Shown: piece by piece, positions 18,729-27,250 of the stretch
How positions within the stretch are numbered: position 1 is the stretch's first letter
How the letters are laid out: each line of letters starts with the position of its first letter
From: Candidatus Poribacteria bacterium
GTDB taxonomy: Bacteria > Poribacteria > WGA-4E > WGA-3G
Direction of reading: 5' to 3'
NCBI GenBank assembly: GCA_965205015.1
Contig: OZ242029.1
Span: forward strand, 448,001-512,000
DNA length: 64,000 bases
Made by a program: the position numbers and the translations under genes
The notes under the pieces: model-generated
What the model was told of the DNA's origin: nothing
The model's input: the letters and a program-made list of their open reading frames with translations, nothing else
Databases searched by the model: none

Positions 18729-19487
18729 ATGAAAGTTCTGTTTTTTGTGACCCTCATTATCAGCTTGGTGGTACCCGGCACACTTTGGGCGAAAAATCTG
18801 GCACTGGAGTTAGATGGCGCGACGGCTATCGAAGTCCCAAATAGCGACAGCCTAAATCCTAAAACCGCGATAACGATAGAGGCGTGGATGAACATGAGCA
18901 AACCCGTCGGTGAATGCCTTGCAAAGGACTGGGGCGGTCAAAGGGATTACATCTTTCCAGAAATTGTCCAAAATGGAAACGGATTACGGTTTGTCCTCTG
19001 GCCCGGCACAAAAATTCTGGATGTCCCTGGATTGGAGCCGAACAAATGGCAACATGTCGCTGGGGTCTGGGATGGTAAAGAGATGCGGACATATATTGAT
19101 GGGGAGGAGAAGGGGGCCGCACCTTTTGGAGCAAAGGAATTAGCCGCAACCGACGCTTCGCTGTATATCGGTGTCGGTGACAGTAAAAGTTGGTTCTGTA
19201 CGGGGTCGATTGATGAAATCCGTATCTGGGAAGTCGCTCGGACCGAAGAAGAGATTAACGAGTTCATGATGAAGGTCCTCAACGGCGATGAAGCGGGATT
19301 AAACGCACACTACACTTTCGATGAAGGCAACGCCAACGATAATACCAAAAACGGCAACGATGGCGACGGTGGGTTTGGAAAACCGAACTACATTGATGTT
19401 ACCAACGCCTTGGATCTTGAGCCGCTTTCTGTTGACCCAGAAGATAAATTGACGACAACATGGGCGTGGGTGAAACGAACCCGATAA
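18729..19487 (+). CDS. Secreted LamG (laminin G/ConA) domain protein
   Basis: Signal peptide; ITIEAW, WQHVAGVWDG...YIDG and GSIDEIRIW; C-terminal VDPEDKLTTTWAWVK. Confidence 0.88.
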   Translation: MKVLFFVTLIISLVVPGTLWAKNLALELDGATAIEVPNSDSLNPKTAITIEAWMNMSKPVGECLAKDWGGQRDYIFPEIVQNGNGLRFVLWPGTKILDVPGLEPNKWQHVAGVWDGKEMRTYIDGEEKGAAPFGAKELAATDASLYIGVGDSKSWFCTGSIDEIRIWEVARTEEEINEFMMKVLNGDEAGLNAHYTFDEGNANDNTKNGNDGDGGFGKPNYIDVTNALDLEPLSVDPEDKLTTTWAWVKRTR

Positions 19488-19510
19488 TCCGTTTTTGGAG
19501 GAATCAGAAA

Positions 19511-20332
19511 TTGTATCAACTTTCAGATGAGATTCTTTCGTTCTATAGACAGACACAAGAATCGAAAAGACTTACAAATAACGTCAAAGGACAGATAGAA
19601 TTTACGCGGACGCAAGAGATCATCACACGCTATCTACCCGTGCCACCAGCAGTCGTTTTGGACATCGGTGGCGGTTCGGGGCCTTATGCCTGTTGGTTAG
19701 CAAAGGCAGGCTATGAGGTCCACCTCGTGGATCCAGTGGACCTACATATCGATCAGGCGAAAGAAGCTTCAAACCAACAGCCGGAACACCCGATTGCCAG
19801 TGTGTCGCTCGGTGACGCGCGGGACCTACGTTTTTCATCCATGTCCGCGGATGCCGTTCTGTTGTTGGGTCCCCTCTATCATCTGATTGATAAAAACGAA
19901 CGGCTACTTGTCCTCAGCGAGGCGCATCGTGTCCTGCGAAACGGTGGCGTTACGGTTGCCGCCGGTATCTCACGCTTTGCGTCTATGCTCGACAGTTTTT
20001 TTGAGGATCGATTCAGGATTCCTGTTCACATGGACATCGTTCAAAACGATCTTGAAACGGGGTACCATCGTAACCTGACTGAGGACCTTAATTATTTTAC
20101 GGATGCCTATCTTCACTGCCCGGAAGAACTCAGTTCCGAAGTGGTCGAAGCAGGTTTTCAGCATCAAGCAACACTTGCTGTGGAAGGACCCGCATGGCTT
20201 TTCAGGTCGGTTGAAAATTATTGGGCAGATTCCGACCAGCGTGCTATGGTCTTAAATATGATTCGCAAGATCGAAGCAGAGCCTTCAATACTCGGTATGA
20301 GCGCGCATATCCTCGCGATAGGCACGAAATAG
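19511..20332 (+). CDS. Class I SAM-dependent methyltransferase
   Basis: VLDIGGGSG, GDAR and DAVLLLGPLYHL. TTG start follows GGAGG. Confidence 0.88.
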   Translation: MYQLSDEILSFYRQTQESKRLTNNVKGQIEFTRTQEIITRYLPVPPAVVLDIGGGSGPYACWLAKAGYEVHLVDPVDLHIDQAKEASNQQPEHPIASVSLGDARDLRFSSMSADAVLLLGPLYHLIDKNERLLVLSEAHRVLRNGGVTVAAGISRFASMLDSFFEDRFRIPVHMDIVQNDLETGYHRNLTEDLNYFTDAYLHCPEELSSEVVEAGFQHQATLAVEGPAWLFRSVENYWADSDQRAMVLNMIRKIEAEPSILGMSAHILAIGTK

Positions 20333-20345
20333 AGGATGACTGATA

Positions 20346-21167
20346 ATGCCTGAAAATCAAGTGGTTCACAAGACGGAAATACCTGTCACAGTCGAGTCGC
20401 TGCAGGCGGATTTTGAAGATCTCGGCATTGAAAAGGGGATGACTTTACTCGTTCATTCGTCCTTGAGCGCGATCGGATGGGTCTGCGGCGGTCCCGTTGC
20501 CGTCATCATTGCACTTCAGGAAGTCTTAGGGGAAACTGGCACACTCGTGATGCCAACCCACTCGACCGACCTCAGTGATCCAAGCCAATGGGGGAATCCA
20601 CCCGTGCCGGAGTCGTGGTGGCAAACCATACGGGAGACGATGCCTGCCTACGCTCCCGATTTGACCCCGACCCGTTCCATGGGCACAATTGTCGAAACGT
20701 TCCGAAAGCAAAAAGGGGTTCTCCGCAGTGCACATCCACAGCATTCCTTTTGTGCAAAGGGTCCTCAAACATCCTATATCATCAATAACCATCCTTTGGC
20801 TTATGGCATGGGTGAAGACTCACCCCTTGCCAGAATCTATGATTTGTATGGTTCTGTCCTACTCCTCGGTGTTGGACATTCAAACAACACGTCCCTACAT
20901 CTCTCAGAATATCGAGCAGACTTTCCGGCCAAACGTATCGTCCGAGAAGGCGCTCCAGTCTCACAGGCGGGTTCAAGGGTATGGACAACCTTTGAAAATA
21001 TCGATGTAGACGCTTCGGATTTTGATCGGATCGGTGAAGACTTCCTGCGATCTGATGCCGGAAAAGTGGTTCGACACGGCAAGGTCGGCAACGCAAATTG
21101 CCAACTGATGCCACAACGTGTCGTAGTTGACTTTGCCGTCGATTGGCTTGAAAAAAATAGAACGTAG
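20346..21167 (+). CDS. AAC(3)-family (aminoglycoside N3-type) acetyltransferase
   Basis: LLVHSSLSAIGWVCGG, GTLVMPT, RSAHPQHSF and NTSLHLSE. Confidence 0.9.
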   Translation: MPENQVVHKTEIPVTVESLQADFEDLGIEKGMTLLVHSSLSAIGWVCGGPVAVIIALQEVLGETGTLVMPTHSTDLSDPSQWGNPPVPESWWQTIRETMPAYAPDLTPTRSMGTIVETFRKQKGVLRSAHPQHSFCAKGPQTSYIINNHPLAYGMGEDSPLARIYDLYGSVLLLGVGHSNNTSLHLSEYRADFPAKRIVREGAPVSQAGSRVWTTFENIDVDASDFDRIGEDFLRSDAGKVVRHGKVGNANCQLMPQRVVVDFAVDWLEKNRT

Positions 21168-21192
21168 AAACAATTTGCTGAATCTAAAAAAA

Positions 21193-21221
21193 TTGATTTT
21201 TCGTTACGTATGTGTTATACT
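21193..21221 (+). promoter_or_regulatory. sigma70-type promoter
   Basis: TTGATT-17 bp-TATACT. Confidence 0.55.
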
Positions 21222-21268
21222 GTAAATATCTGAACCTTAAGCGGAAAGGAAAATTAAAGAAGCGGTCT

Positions 21269-21724
21269 ATGGAAGAGAAACGGGGATCCTTATTTACCGT
21301 CCGAGACGCAGAAAGTGCCATCATTACCTATACGGTATTAGGACTCCTCTACATTATCGGGATATGTCTCTACGAACTTGTTGCCGGATGGAACGGCGTG
21401 CTGCAGCTGTTAGCGATGTTAGACGCAACGTTCCCGGTATTCAATCGGACTGCAATTGCGTTCATTGTCTTTAAAGAAGGAGTGGATATCATGCTAAGGC
21501 GTTTTAACGAATGGCGTGCTGAACATGCACAAAGCCTTGCAAAAGCGAAAGAACAAGGGATCGAACAAGGGATCGAACAAGGGATCGAACAAGGAATTGA
21601 GCAGGGGCGCGCAGAAGCATACCAAGCCATTGCGGCTTGGAATAGACGCAGACTCGCAGCCGAGGCGAAAGGTATTCCTTTCAATGAACCTCCCCCGTCA
21701 CAGAACGGAAGCGAACACGGATAG
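21269..21724 (+). CDS. Small membrane protein with (EQGI)n tail
   Basis: Two hydrophobic segments followed by KEQGIEQGIEQGIEQGIEQGRAE. Confidence 0.75.
   Translation: MEEKRGSLFTVRDAESAIITYTVLGLLYIIGICLYELVAGWNGVLQLLAMLDATFPVFNRTAIAFIVFKEGVDIMLRRFNEWRAEHAQSLAKAKEQGIEQGIEQGIEQGIEQGRAEAYQAIAAWNRRRLAAEAKGIPFNEPPPSQNGSEHG
21551..21607 (+). repeat. 12-bp in-frame tandem repeat (GAACAAGGGATC)n
   Basis: Three perfect and two degenerate copies encoding EQGI. Confidence 0.9.
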
Positions 21725-21742
21725 GCACAAGGAGGAACACGG

Positions 21743-22786
21743 ATGACAGCATTAAAAGAACTTCGCGTATCCAACGATGCGATGAACGATCCGGAAGAAT
21801 TGCGTCACCGGATCTCGGAAGAAGGATATGTTTTCTTCAAGAAGCTGCAAGATCCCGACAAACTCTGGGCGTTGCGGCGAGAAATGCTAACAACGATGCA
21901 GGAAGGCGGTTGGCTCATCGCAGGGACCGACCCCCTGGACGGTATCGCCGATATATCCACCCAGTGTACCGAAGGCGACCCGGAATACACGGATGTGTAC
22001 CATGAGGTGTATAAGTTAGAGGCGTTTCACCGTTCCGGGCATTGGCACGAAGTCGTCGATATGGTCGAGAAGATTGTCGGTAGAGAGGTGCTACCGCATC
22101 CACAGAAGATTGCGCGCCTCTGGTTTCCTCAGTACACGGCGCACACCACACCGATACACCAAGACTTCGTTCACTTCCAAGGGAATTTCCAGACCTATAC
22201 CTGCTGGGCACCCATCGGGGATTGTCCCATAGAATTGGGAGGCTTGGCAGTCCTACCCGGTTCCCATAAAGTCAATAAGGTCATGGAACACCACTTCTCA
22301 CTCGGGGCTGGGAGTTTGTGCGTTAATGAGGACGAGTTGTCGGGTGAATGGCACTCCACGAACTATGAGGTTGGCGATACGCTCATTTTTCCTGCTTTGA
22401 CGATTCACAAAGCATTGCCAAATCTAACCGAGGATCGGCTCCGCGTCTCGCTCGACAACCGCTATCAGGCTGCCGATGACCCGATCGCTGAGCACATGCT
22501 TGAACCGCACCTGAACATTTTCAACTCCCTCACGTGGGAACATGTCTACCGCAATTGGGAGTCCGATGAACTGAAGTATTATTGGAAAGACCGGGATCTG
22601 ACGGTTCTCCCAAGGGATTTCAGTTACGGAAACAAAGGGTTTGAGGAAGCGTTGGAGTTGGCAAGCAACGGAGATGAACGCGCCATCCTACACTTAAACC
22701 GAGCGGTCAAGCGCGATGCCACGACCGAATTGGCACAGCGAGCGGCGGCAATCCTGCAAGAAATCAACGCCGGGACTGTTCAATAA
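21743..22786 (+). CDS. Phytanoyl-CoA dioxygenase (PhyH) family Fe/2OG enzyme
   Basis: TPIHQD, TCWAPIGD, GGLAVLPGSH, IHKALPN and RVSLDNRY. Confidence 0.9.
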   Translation: MTALKELRVSNDAMNDPEELRHRISEEGYVFFKKLQDPDKLWALRREMLTTMQEGGWLIAGTDPLDGIADISTQCTEGDPEYTDVYHEVYKLEAFHRSGHWHEVVDMVEKIVGREVLPHPQKIARLWFPQYTAHTTPIHQDFVHFQGNFQTYTCWAPIGDCPIELGGLAVLPGSHKVNKVMEHHFSLGAGSLCVNEDELSGEWHSTNYEVGDTLIFPALTIHKALPNLTEDRLRVSLDNRYQAADDPIAEHMLEPHLNIFNSLTWEHVYRNWESDELKYYWKDRDLTVLPRDFSYGNKGFEEALELASNGDERAILHLNRAVKRDATTELAQRAAAILQEINAGTVQ

Positions 22787-23047
22787 TGGAGTTCCATTAC
22801 CAAGACATCGTGCCGTGGGGGAGATCGTTTGACGAATATTTGGGTATGTTTAATCTCTCCGAGGACGACTTGGCGCGGGACCTTGTTGATGTAGGCGGCG
22901 GTCCCGCGTCGTTCAATTCCTTGATGCACCAGCGCGGCACGCCGATCGTCTCCGTGGATCCGATTTATCGGTATTCTGAGGCAGAATTGCGCCAGCGAAT
23001 TCAGGACACCTACGACGATGTCATCGCCCAAGCCCAACAGAATCAAG
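22786..23047 (+). pseudogene. SAM-dependent methyltransferase, 5' part (interrupted by the IS605 element)
   Basis: PWGRSFDEY..MF and LVDVGGGPASF. Joins in frame to 25877 (AAT CAA G|AT AAA TTC = N Q D K F). Confidence 0.88.
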
Positions 23048-23215
23048 GTGATAGCACCCACTGCCTAAAGGAGACCGGGGCTTCGGTTTCGTAGCAACTG
23101 CGGTTTTCTCTAAGAGTCCACCGTCTAACTGTTGCTCCACCCGCGGGCATTTCCCTGATACTCTGAAATAGGTGAGTATCAGGCATATCGTCAAGTGACG
23201 GCTATCCCTGCCCGC
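23048..23215 (-). ncRNA. TnpB omegaRNA (right-end RNA); predicted guide CUUGAUUCUGUUGGGCUUGG from the host flank
   Basis: Stems gcgggca/tgcccgc, cctgatactc/gagtatcagg and agcaac/gttgct, plus a terminal hairpin before TCAC. Overlaps the tnpB 3' end, as is usual for TnpB. Confidence 0.7.
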
Positions 23216-24303
23216 AAAATGTTTATTGCAGCGTTGATGTCTCGGTCATGGTGAGAACCACAATCGGGACACGTCCACTGCCTATCTGAAAGGGTTAGGG
23301 TTTCGTTGTGAAAACCACAATCACTGCACGGCTTTGTCGTAGCAGTCCATTGTCCGACTTGTTTCAAAAGACGCTTATGCTTGCTACATTTATACTTCAA
23401 TATCTCAACAAACTGGTAGAAAGCAAGATCAGAGACTTTACGTCCCCAAAGCCGTTTCATGCCCTCAAGATTCAAGGTTTCAATGGCGATGGTATCGAAC
23501 CTTTTACAAAGTTCAGTGGCAAGCTGCCAATGAAAATCTTTGCGTTGATTCGTGATTTTCCGATAGAGGCGTGCGAGTTGTCGAACACAGCGCCACCAGC
23601 CATTAGAACCTTTTACTTTACGAGAAAGCGATTTGTTGAGGGTTCGCAATTTGTTCAAGGAGTGTTTCAAAGGTTGTGGGTGTTGTTTCTTTTCACCCGT
23701 GCTCAGCGTCAAAAATGCGTCTTTCATACCGAAGTCCGCCCCAACGCTTTCACCTGTTGTCGGCAGACGTTTCATATCCGTGTAGTCCGTGGTTATACAA
23801 AGCCAATAATCACCGCAGTTATCACGCTTTACCGTGATATATCTAATAAACCCGTGCCACTGGCGGTGTTTGTGAAAAGTGTAAGGCATGCGGTCAAATC
23901 GCCATTTACCGTTTTCCCATTTACAGAAGGTCAGTGTAATCCGATTATTTTTCAGTTTCCAACCTGCCTGACCGGGAAAGGTAACAGACTTAAACTTATG
24001 CCGTTTCTTAATTTTCGGTCTGCCACCCAGTTTCTTGAAAAAACGAACGTATGCTTTGTCAATACGTCTCAATTCCTGCTGAACCGCTTGACTCGGCAAG
24101 GACCTCCAATGTGGGTGTGTTGTCCGCTTGAGTTCTTTAAAGTGGCTATCCATAGCGTTATAGTTCGCATACGGCAGCCCGTCTTTATACCTTTGACGGT
24201 GCCACCTATGGAAGTATTCATGCACTTGCCACATATCGTCAAGCATGTTGCCAATGCGGATACAATTCGATTGATCGCCAAACTTATATTTATACGTTTT
24301 CAT
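23191..24303 (-). CDS. tnpB: TnpB RNA-guided endonuclease
   Basis: 370 aa; RuvC-I VGADFG, RuvC-II IAIETLN, zinc finger CSDC/CPDC, RuvC-III HDRDINAAINI. All three acidic residues are intact. Confidence 0.93.
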   Translation of the reverse strand: MKTYKYKFGDQSNCIRIGNMLDDMWQVHEYFHRWHRQRYKDGLPYANYNAMDSHFKELKRTTHPHWRSLPSQAVQQELRRIDKAYVRFFKKLGGRPKIKKRHKFKSVTFPGQAGWKLKNNRITLTFCKWENGKWRFDRMPYTFHKHRQWHGFIRYITVKRDNCGDYWLCITTDYTDMKRLPTTGESVGADFGMKDAFLTLSTGEKKQHPQPLKHSLNKLRTLNKSLSRKVKGSNGWWRCVRQLARLYRKITNQRKDFHWQLATELCKRFDTIAIETLNLEGMKRLWGRKVSDLAFYQFVEILKYKCSKHKRLLKQVGQWTATTKPCSDCGFHNETLTLSDRQWTCPDCGSHHDRDINAAINILRAGIAVT

Positions 24304-24400
24304 GGACTATCAAGTATCAAGTCTTTAACCCCTGTTCAGTGGGTAGGCAGACACACAATCAAGCGATTGTGCTGAACACGTCTGCCAACTTGATGCTTTA

Positions 24401-24429
24401 ATTATACTACATTTTTGACTAAATGTCAA
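24401..24429 (-). promoter_or_regulatory. Perfect-consensus sigma70 promoter for tnpB
   Basis: Minus strand TTGACA-17 bp-TATAAT. Confidence 0.8.
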
Positions 24430-24486
24430 ATCTTTTTCGACAACAAAACCTAATGCCCGTCTACATCCCGCAAGCTAAAGCATGGG

Positions 24487-25848
24487 GTCACTTACCCCCA
24501 TTTTTTTTCGAGAGTAGATTGTAGTTGATGTAGTCAGGTTTTTCTGTGAGAAAGTCAGTCAGTGAGTGGGTCCGAAAAGTGGATCCCCTCTGGCACCTAT
24601 CTCGGTGAAAAAGGAGATAAGAAAGTGTTGGTTCCATAAGTCGGTGAGCACGCGTTTGATAATAGTAATAACAGAAAAAGTTTTTCTGTTATTACTATTA
24701 TATGCCCTCTGCCAATGCGTAGAGGCGACCTTCTCGTAACTGATAAACAGCAATCCATAAGCGAGGCAGGCACATAACCAAAGGACCTCCAGACGCGCTT
24801 GTGTCGGTTTTTTCAAGACGAGTTTACCAAATCCGAAGCACGACTTTATATCTCGAAACCCGTGTTCAATCTGCATGCGGCGTTTGTAGCAGTGATGTAT
24901 CTGATGTCCACTGAGGCGATTGGAGATAAGATACATCGGGTCTTTGAAGGTCTCATCTCTGAGGATATAGAGTTGAAGCGGTATCTGCTCCTGCGCCTGA
25001 TAAAGGATATGCCGATACCAGCCCGCTTCGAGGTCATCAAGTTTCTTCAGACTCCCATCATGCCGGATACCGACATTTCTCGCAACACGCATCACGAACG
25101 GGATATCCCGTGCCTTGAGAAACTTGATGACGTATCGCGCACGCCCAAAACCACGGTCAAACACCAGAACAGGTCGTTGTTGATGCCGCGACACCACCCC
25201 TAAAGCCTCTTGATAAACATGGACACAGAAGTATTGGATAATCTCATTATGACTCTTATAGATACCCTCGTGAAGCTGGTGATCGCTATAGATGAACCAA
25301 AAGACAGGGATCGCACGATGCCGAAACGGGATCGAAACAACAAGGGCTTTCCACCCGGCAATCAGAGACGTCTCATCAACGAGCAAATACAGATGAGCAC
25401 CCGCATCCTTGAAAAACCAACCCACAACCGACACGAACCACGCTTCTTTGAGCGCATCAATCGGCAGTGGGGTGTCAAGGAAACGCAGAAACCTTTTCTG
25501 TTTCGACTTCTCCCGCTTGACGACGAGCGACAAACGCGACGCAACTTCATTGATCCGAAACGTCGGGGCAACACTGATCGCTATCAAGACCAATACCAGA
25601 TTCCGAAAAACCGGTTTTTTCATACCAACAGACTTGAAGATTTCTCCAAAACGTGTTATCATCGTTTCTGGATTTACCCGTTTTGGGTATCTCTTTTTCA
25701 TAAAATACCTCCTTACATGTTTTGTAAAATGCGTTTACAAACAGTTGCTGTAAGGAGGTATTTTATCATAAACCCACTGAGTTTCTCACACTTTTTACAA
25801 CTAAAACCTTTCACCACAAACCTTCAGAAAAAAATGGGGGTAAGTGAC
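24487..25848 (-). mobile_element. IS4-like insertion sequence (1362 bp) nested in the left end of the tnpB element
   Basis: 21-bp terminal inverted repeats GTCACTTACCCCCATTTTTTT; 10-bp target duplication AAAGCATGGG at 24477-24486 and 25849-25858. Confidence 0.92.
24559..25701 (-). CDS. DDE transposase (IS4-like, DDE_Tnp_1)
   Basis: LLVDET, VFDRGF and the YREK-type motif YKRRMQIEHGFRDIK. Confidence 0.9.
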   Translation of the reverse strand: MKKRYPKRVNPETMITRFGEIFKSVGMKKPVFRNLVLVLIAISVAPTFRINEVASRLSLVVKREKSKQKRFLRFLDTPLPIDALKEAWFVSVVGWFFKDAGAHLYLLVDETSLIAGWKALVVSIPFRHRAIPVFWFIYSDHQLHEGIYKSHNEIIQYFCVHVYQEALGVVSRHQQRPVLVFDRGFGRARYVIKFLKARDIPFVMRVARNVGIRHDGSLKKLDDLEAGWYRHILYQAQEQIPLQLYILRDETFKDPMYLISNRLSGHQIHHCYKRRMQIEHGFRDIKSCFGFGKLVLKKPTQARLEVLWLCACLAYGLLFISYEKVASTHWQRAYNSNNRKTFSVITIIKRVLTDLWNQHFLISFFTEIGARGDPLFGPTH

Positions 25849-25876
25849 AAAGCATGGGGTCTTGACGGGAAGATTG

Positions 25877-26298
25877 ATAAATTCGTCTGGACGCACATCT
25901 TATCTGTCGATGAATTGGCGGAAATCAGGATGCAGGCGATGGAGGCGTTCTGCCGAGACTTTGAAAACGGTAAGCAACACGGACGCTATATAGACGCATC
26001 ACTCCCCAATTTACCCTTCCCCGACGGTCATTTCGACCTCGTGCTCTCCGCACATCTGCTTTTCTTTTACTCCGCCAACAGAGATTTAGCGTTCCATCTC
26101 AATGCGATTCGGGAACTCCTTCGTATCGGAACTGAGGTGAGAATCTTCCCGATTGTTGATGTCAACAGCAACCCTTCGCCCTTTTTGTCACCTGTTATTG
26201 ATGAACTGGAAAAAGACCGGATTGCTTGCTCAGTGGAGCGTGTTCCCTACCATTTTCAGAAAACCGGGAATGAGATGCTACGGTTAAAGTCGTGCTGA
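25877..26298 (+). pseudogene. SAM-dependent methyltransferase, 3' part
   Basis: KFVW...YIDASLPNLPFPDGHFDLVLSAHLLFFY...EVRIFP...YHFQKTGNEML; continues the 22786 ORF. Confidence 0.88.
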
Positions 26299-26314
26299 TT
26301 GTCTGACTCACAGA

Positions 26315-27241
26315 CTACCACTTCTGTGTCGGTGTTTCGGAGAGGTCTTTGACGAATTCGTAGGTCCAATCCACGGTCCGATACCCGCAGTTGCTATAAA
26401 AGAGGAACGCTCGGTGGTTATCCCAAGCAGTGCTAATCGCCGCATGCCGGTATCCGACTTTGTGCATCTCTTGCAGCGCGTATTGGAGCAGGTAACGCCC
26501 CAAACCCTGTCCCTGAAAATCGTCCTCAATACCGAGCCAAACGGTATGCAGCCAGGCTTGTGCATCGGTATCGTTTGAGAACTCACCCCCACAGAGGGAT
26601 TCACAGATGCCAACCTGCTCCCCGTTTTGGTGGGCGAGCACAGTGCAGTTCGGGAATTGCCCACGTCCATCCTGCCACTCGACAGAAAGCGTTACCGGTA
26701 GACTCGAAGGGACTGGCGTAACGGAATAATCCTTCCAATCCAAAAAGACCTCGCCAGCAGAACGATGGTATCCGTTATATCCGAGGAGACCCTGAACGTG
26801 ATCAAGTGCGTCCGATAGATAAGCGTGTTCAAAGTGATAAAAGCGGTATCGGCAATCTTGTGGGAAAGCGAAAATTCGGGAAACGTTAAATGTTTTCAGA
26901 TAGGCTTCGGCTTTTTCAAGCACGGCTTGTCCAATACGCCGCGCCCCGCGTGCGTAGGCGAAGAACCGAATAACACCTATGTCCTCTTCTCTATTATCCC
27001 CGATCTGACCGATACCGACGTGGATAAACGCCTGCACTGCACCGTTCGCCATTGCAACAAAGGCAGCTTCGGAGTCGAGCCCACCCTCCTTCTTATCGGC
27101 TTTACCGGTGGCAACCCCGCGTATCGCAGTAGCCAATTCTTCCGCTTTCACCGGATAGCACTTCGGCACATTGGCGGTCATACGGTTGTAAAATTGGGTT
27201 AAGGGCGCTTGCATGTCGGGTGTATATTGAAGAATATCCAT
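26315..27241 (-). CDS. Tandem GNAT acetyltransferase
   Basis: FQGQGLGRYLL motif A and NHRAFLFYSNCGY; degenerate N-terminal GNAT (RRIGQAVL). Confidence 0.85.
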   Translation of the reverse strand: MDILQYTPDMQAPLTQFYNRMTANVPKCYPVKAEELATAIRGVATGKADKKEGGLDSEAAFVAMANGAVQAFIHVGIGQIGDNREEDIGVIRFFAYARGARRIGQAVLEKAEAYLKTFNVSRIFAFPQDCRYRFYHFEHAYLSDALDHVQGLLGYNGYHRSAGEVFLDWKDYSVTPVPSSLPVTLSVEWQDGRGQFPNCTVLAHQNGEQVGICESLCGGEFSNDTDAQAWLHTVWLGIEDDFQGQGLGRYLLQYALQEMHKVGYRHAAISTAWDNHRAFLFYSNCGYRTVDWTYEFVKDLSETPTQKW

Positions 27242-27250
27242 CCATTTCTC

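Larger units (their letters stand above)
23048..25876 (-). mobile_element. Non-autonomous IS200/IS605 (IS1341-like) tnpB element, 1457 bp without the nested IS and its duplication
   Basis: On the minus strand TTTAT abuts the left end (CAATCTTCCCGTCAAG...) and the right end finishes in TCAC. Subterminal hairpins have CTAAAG loops. Removing the element restores a 227-aa ORF with no duplication. Confidence 0.88.

Noticed and set aside
23308-24375. 355-aa ORF on the + strand
   Set aside because: Antisense shadow of tnpB with no recognisable motifs.
23048-25876. IStron (self-splicing IS605) rescuing the methyltransferase
   Set aside because: The element is antisense to the host gene, and the left region is too short for a group I intron core.
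25210-26298. 362-aa ORF as a genuine gene
   Set aside because: It is an antisense frame of the transposase running by chance into the methyltransferase 3' half; the in-frame ATG at 25834 lacks an RBS.
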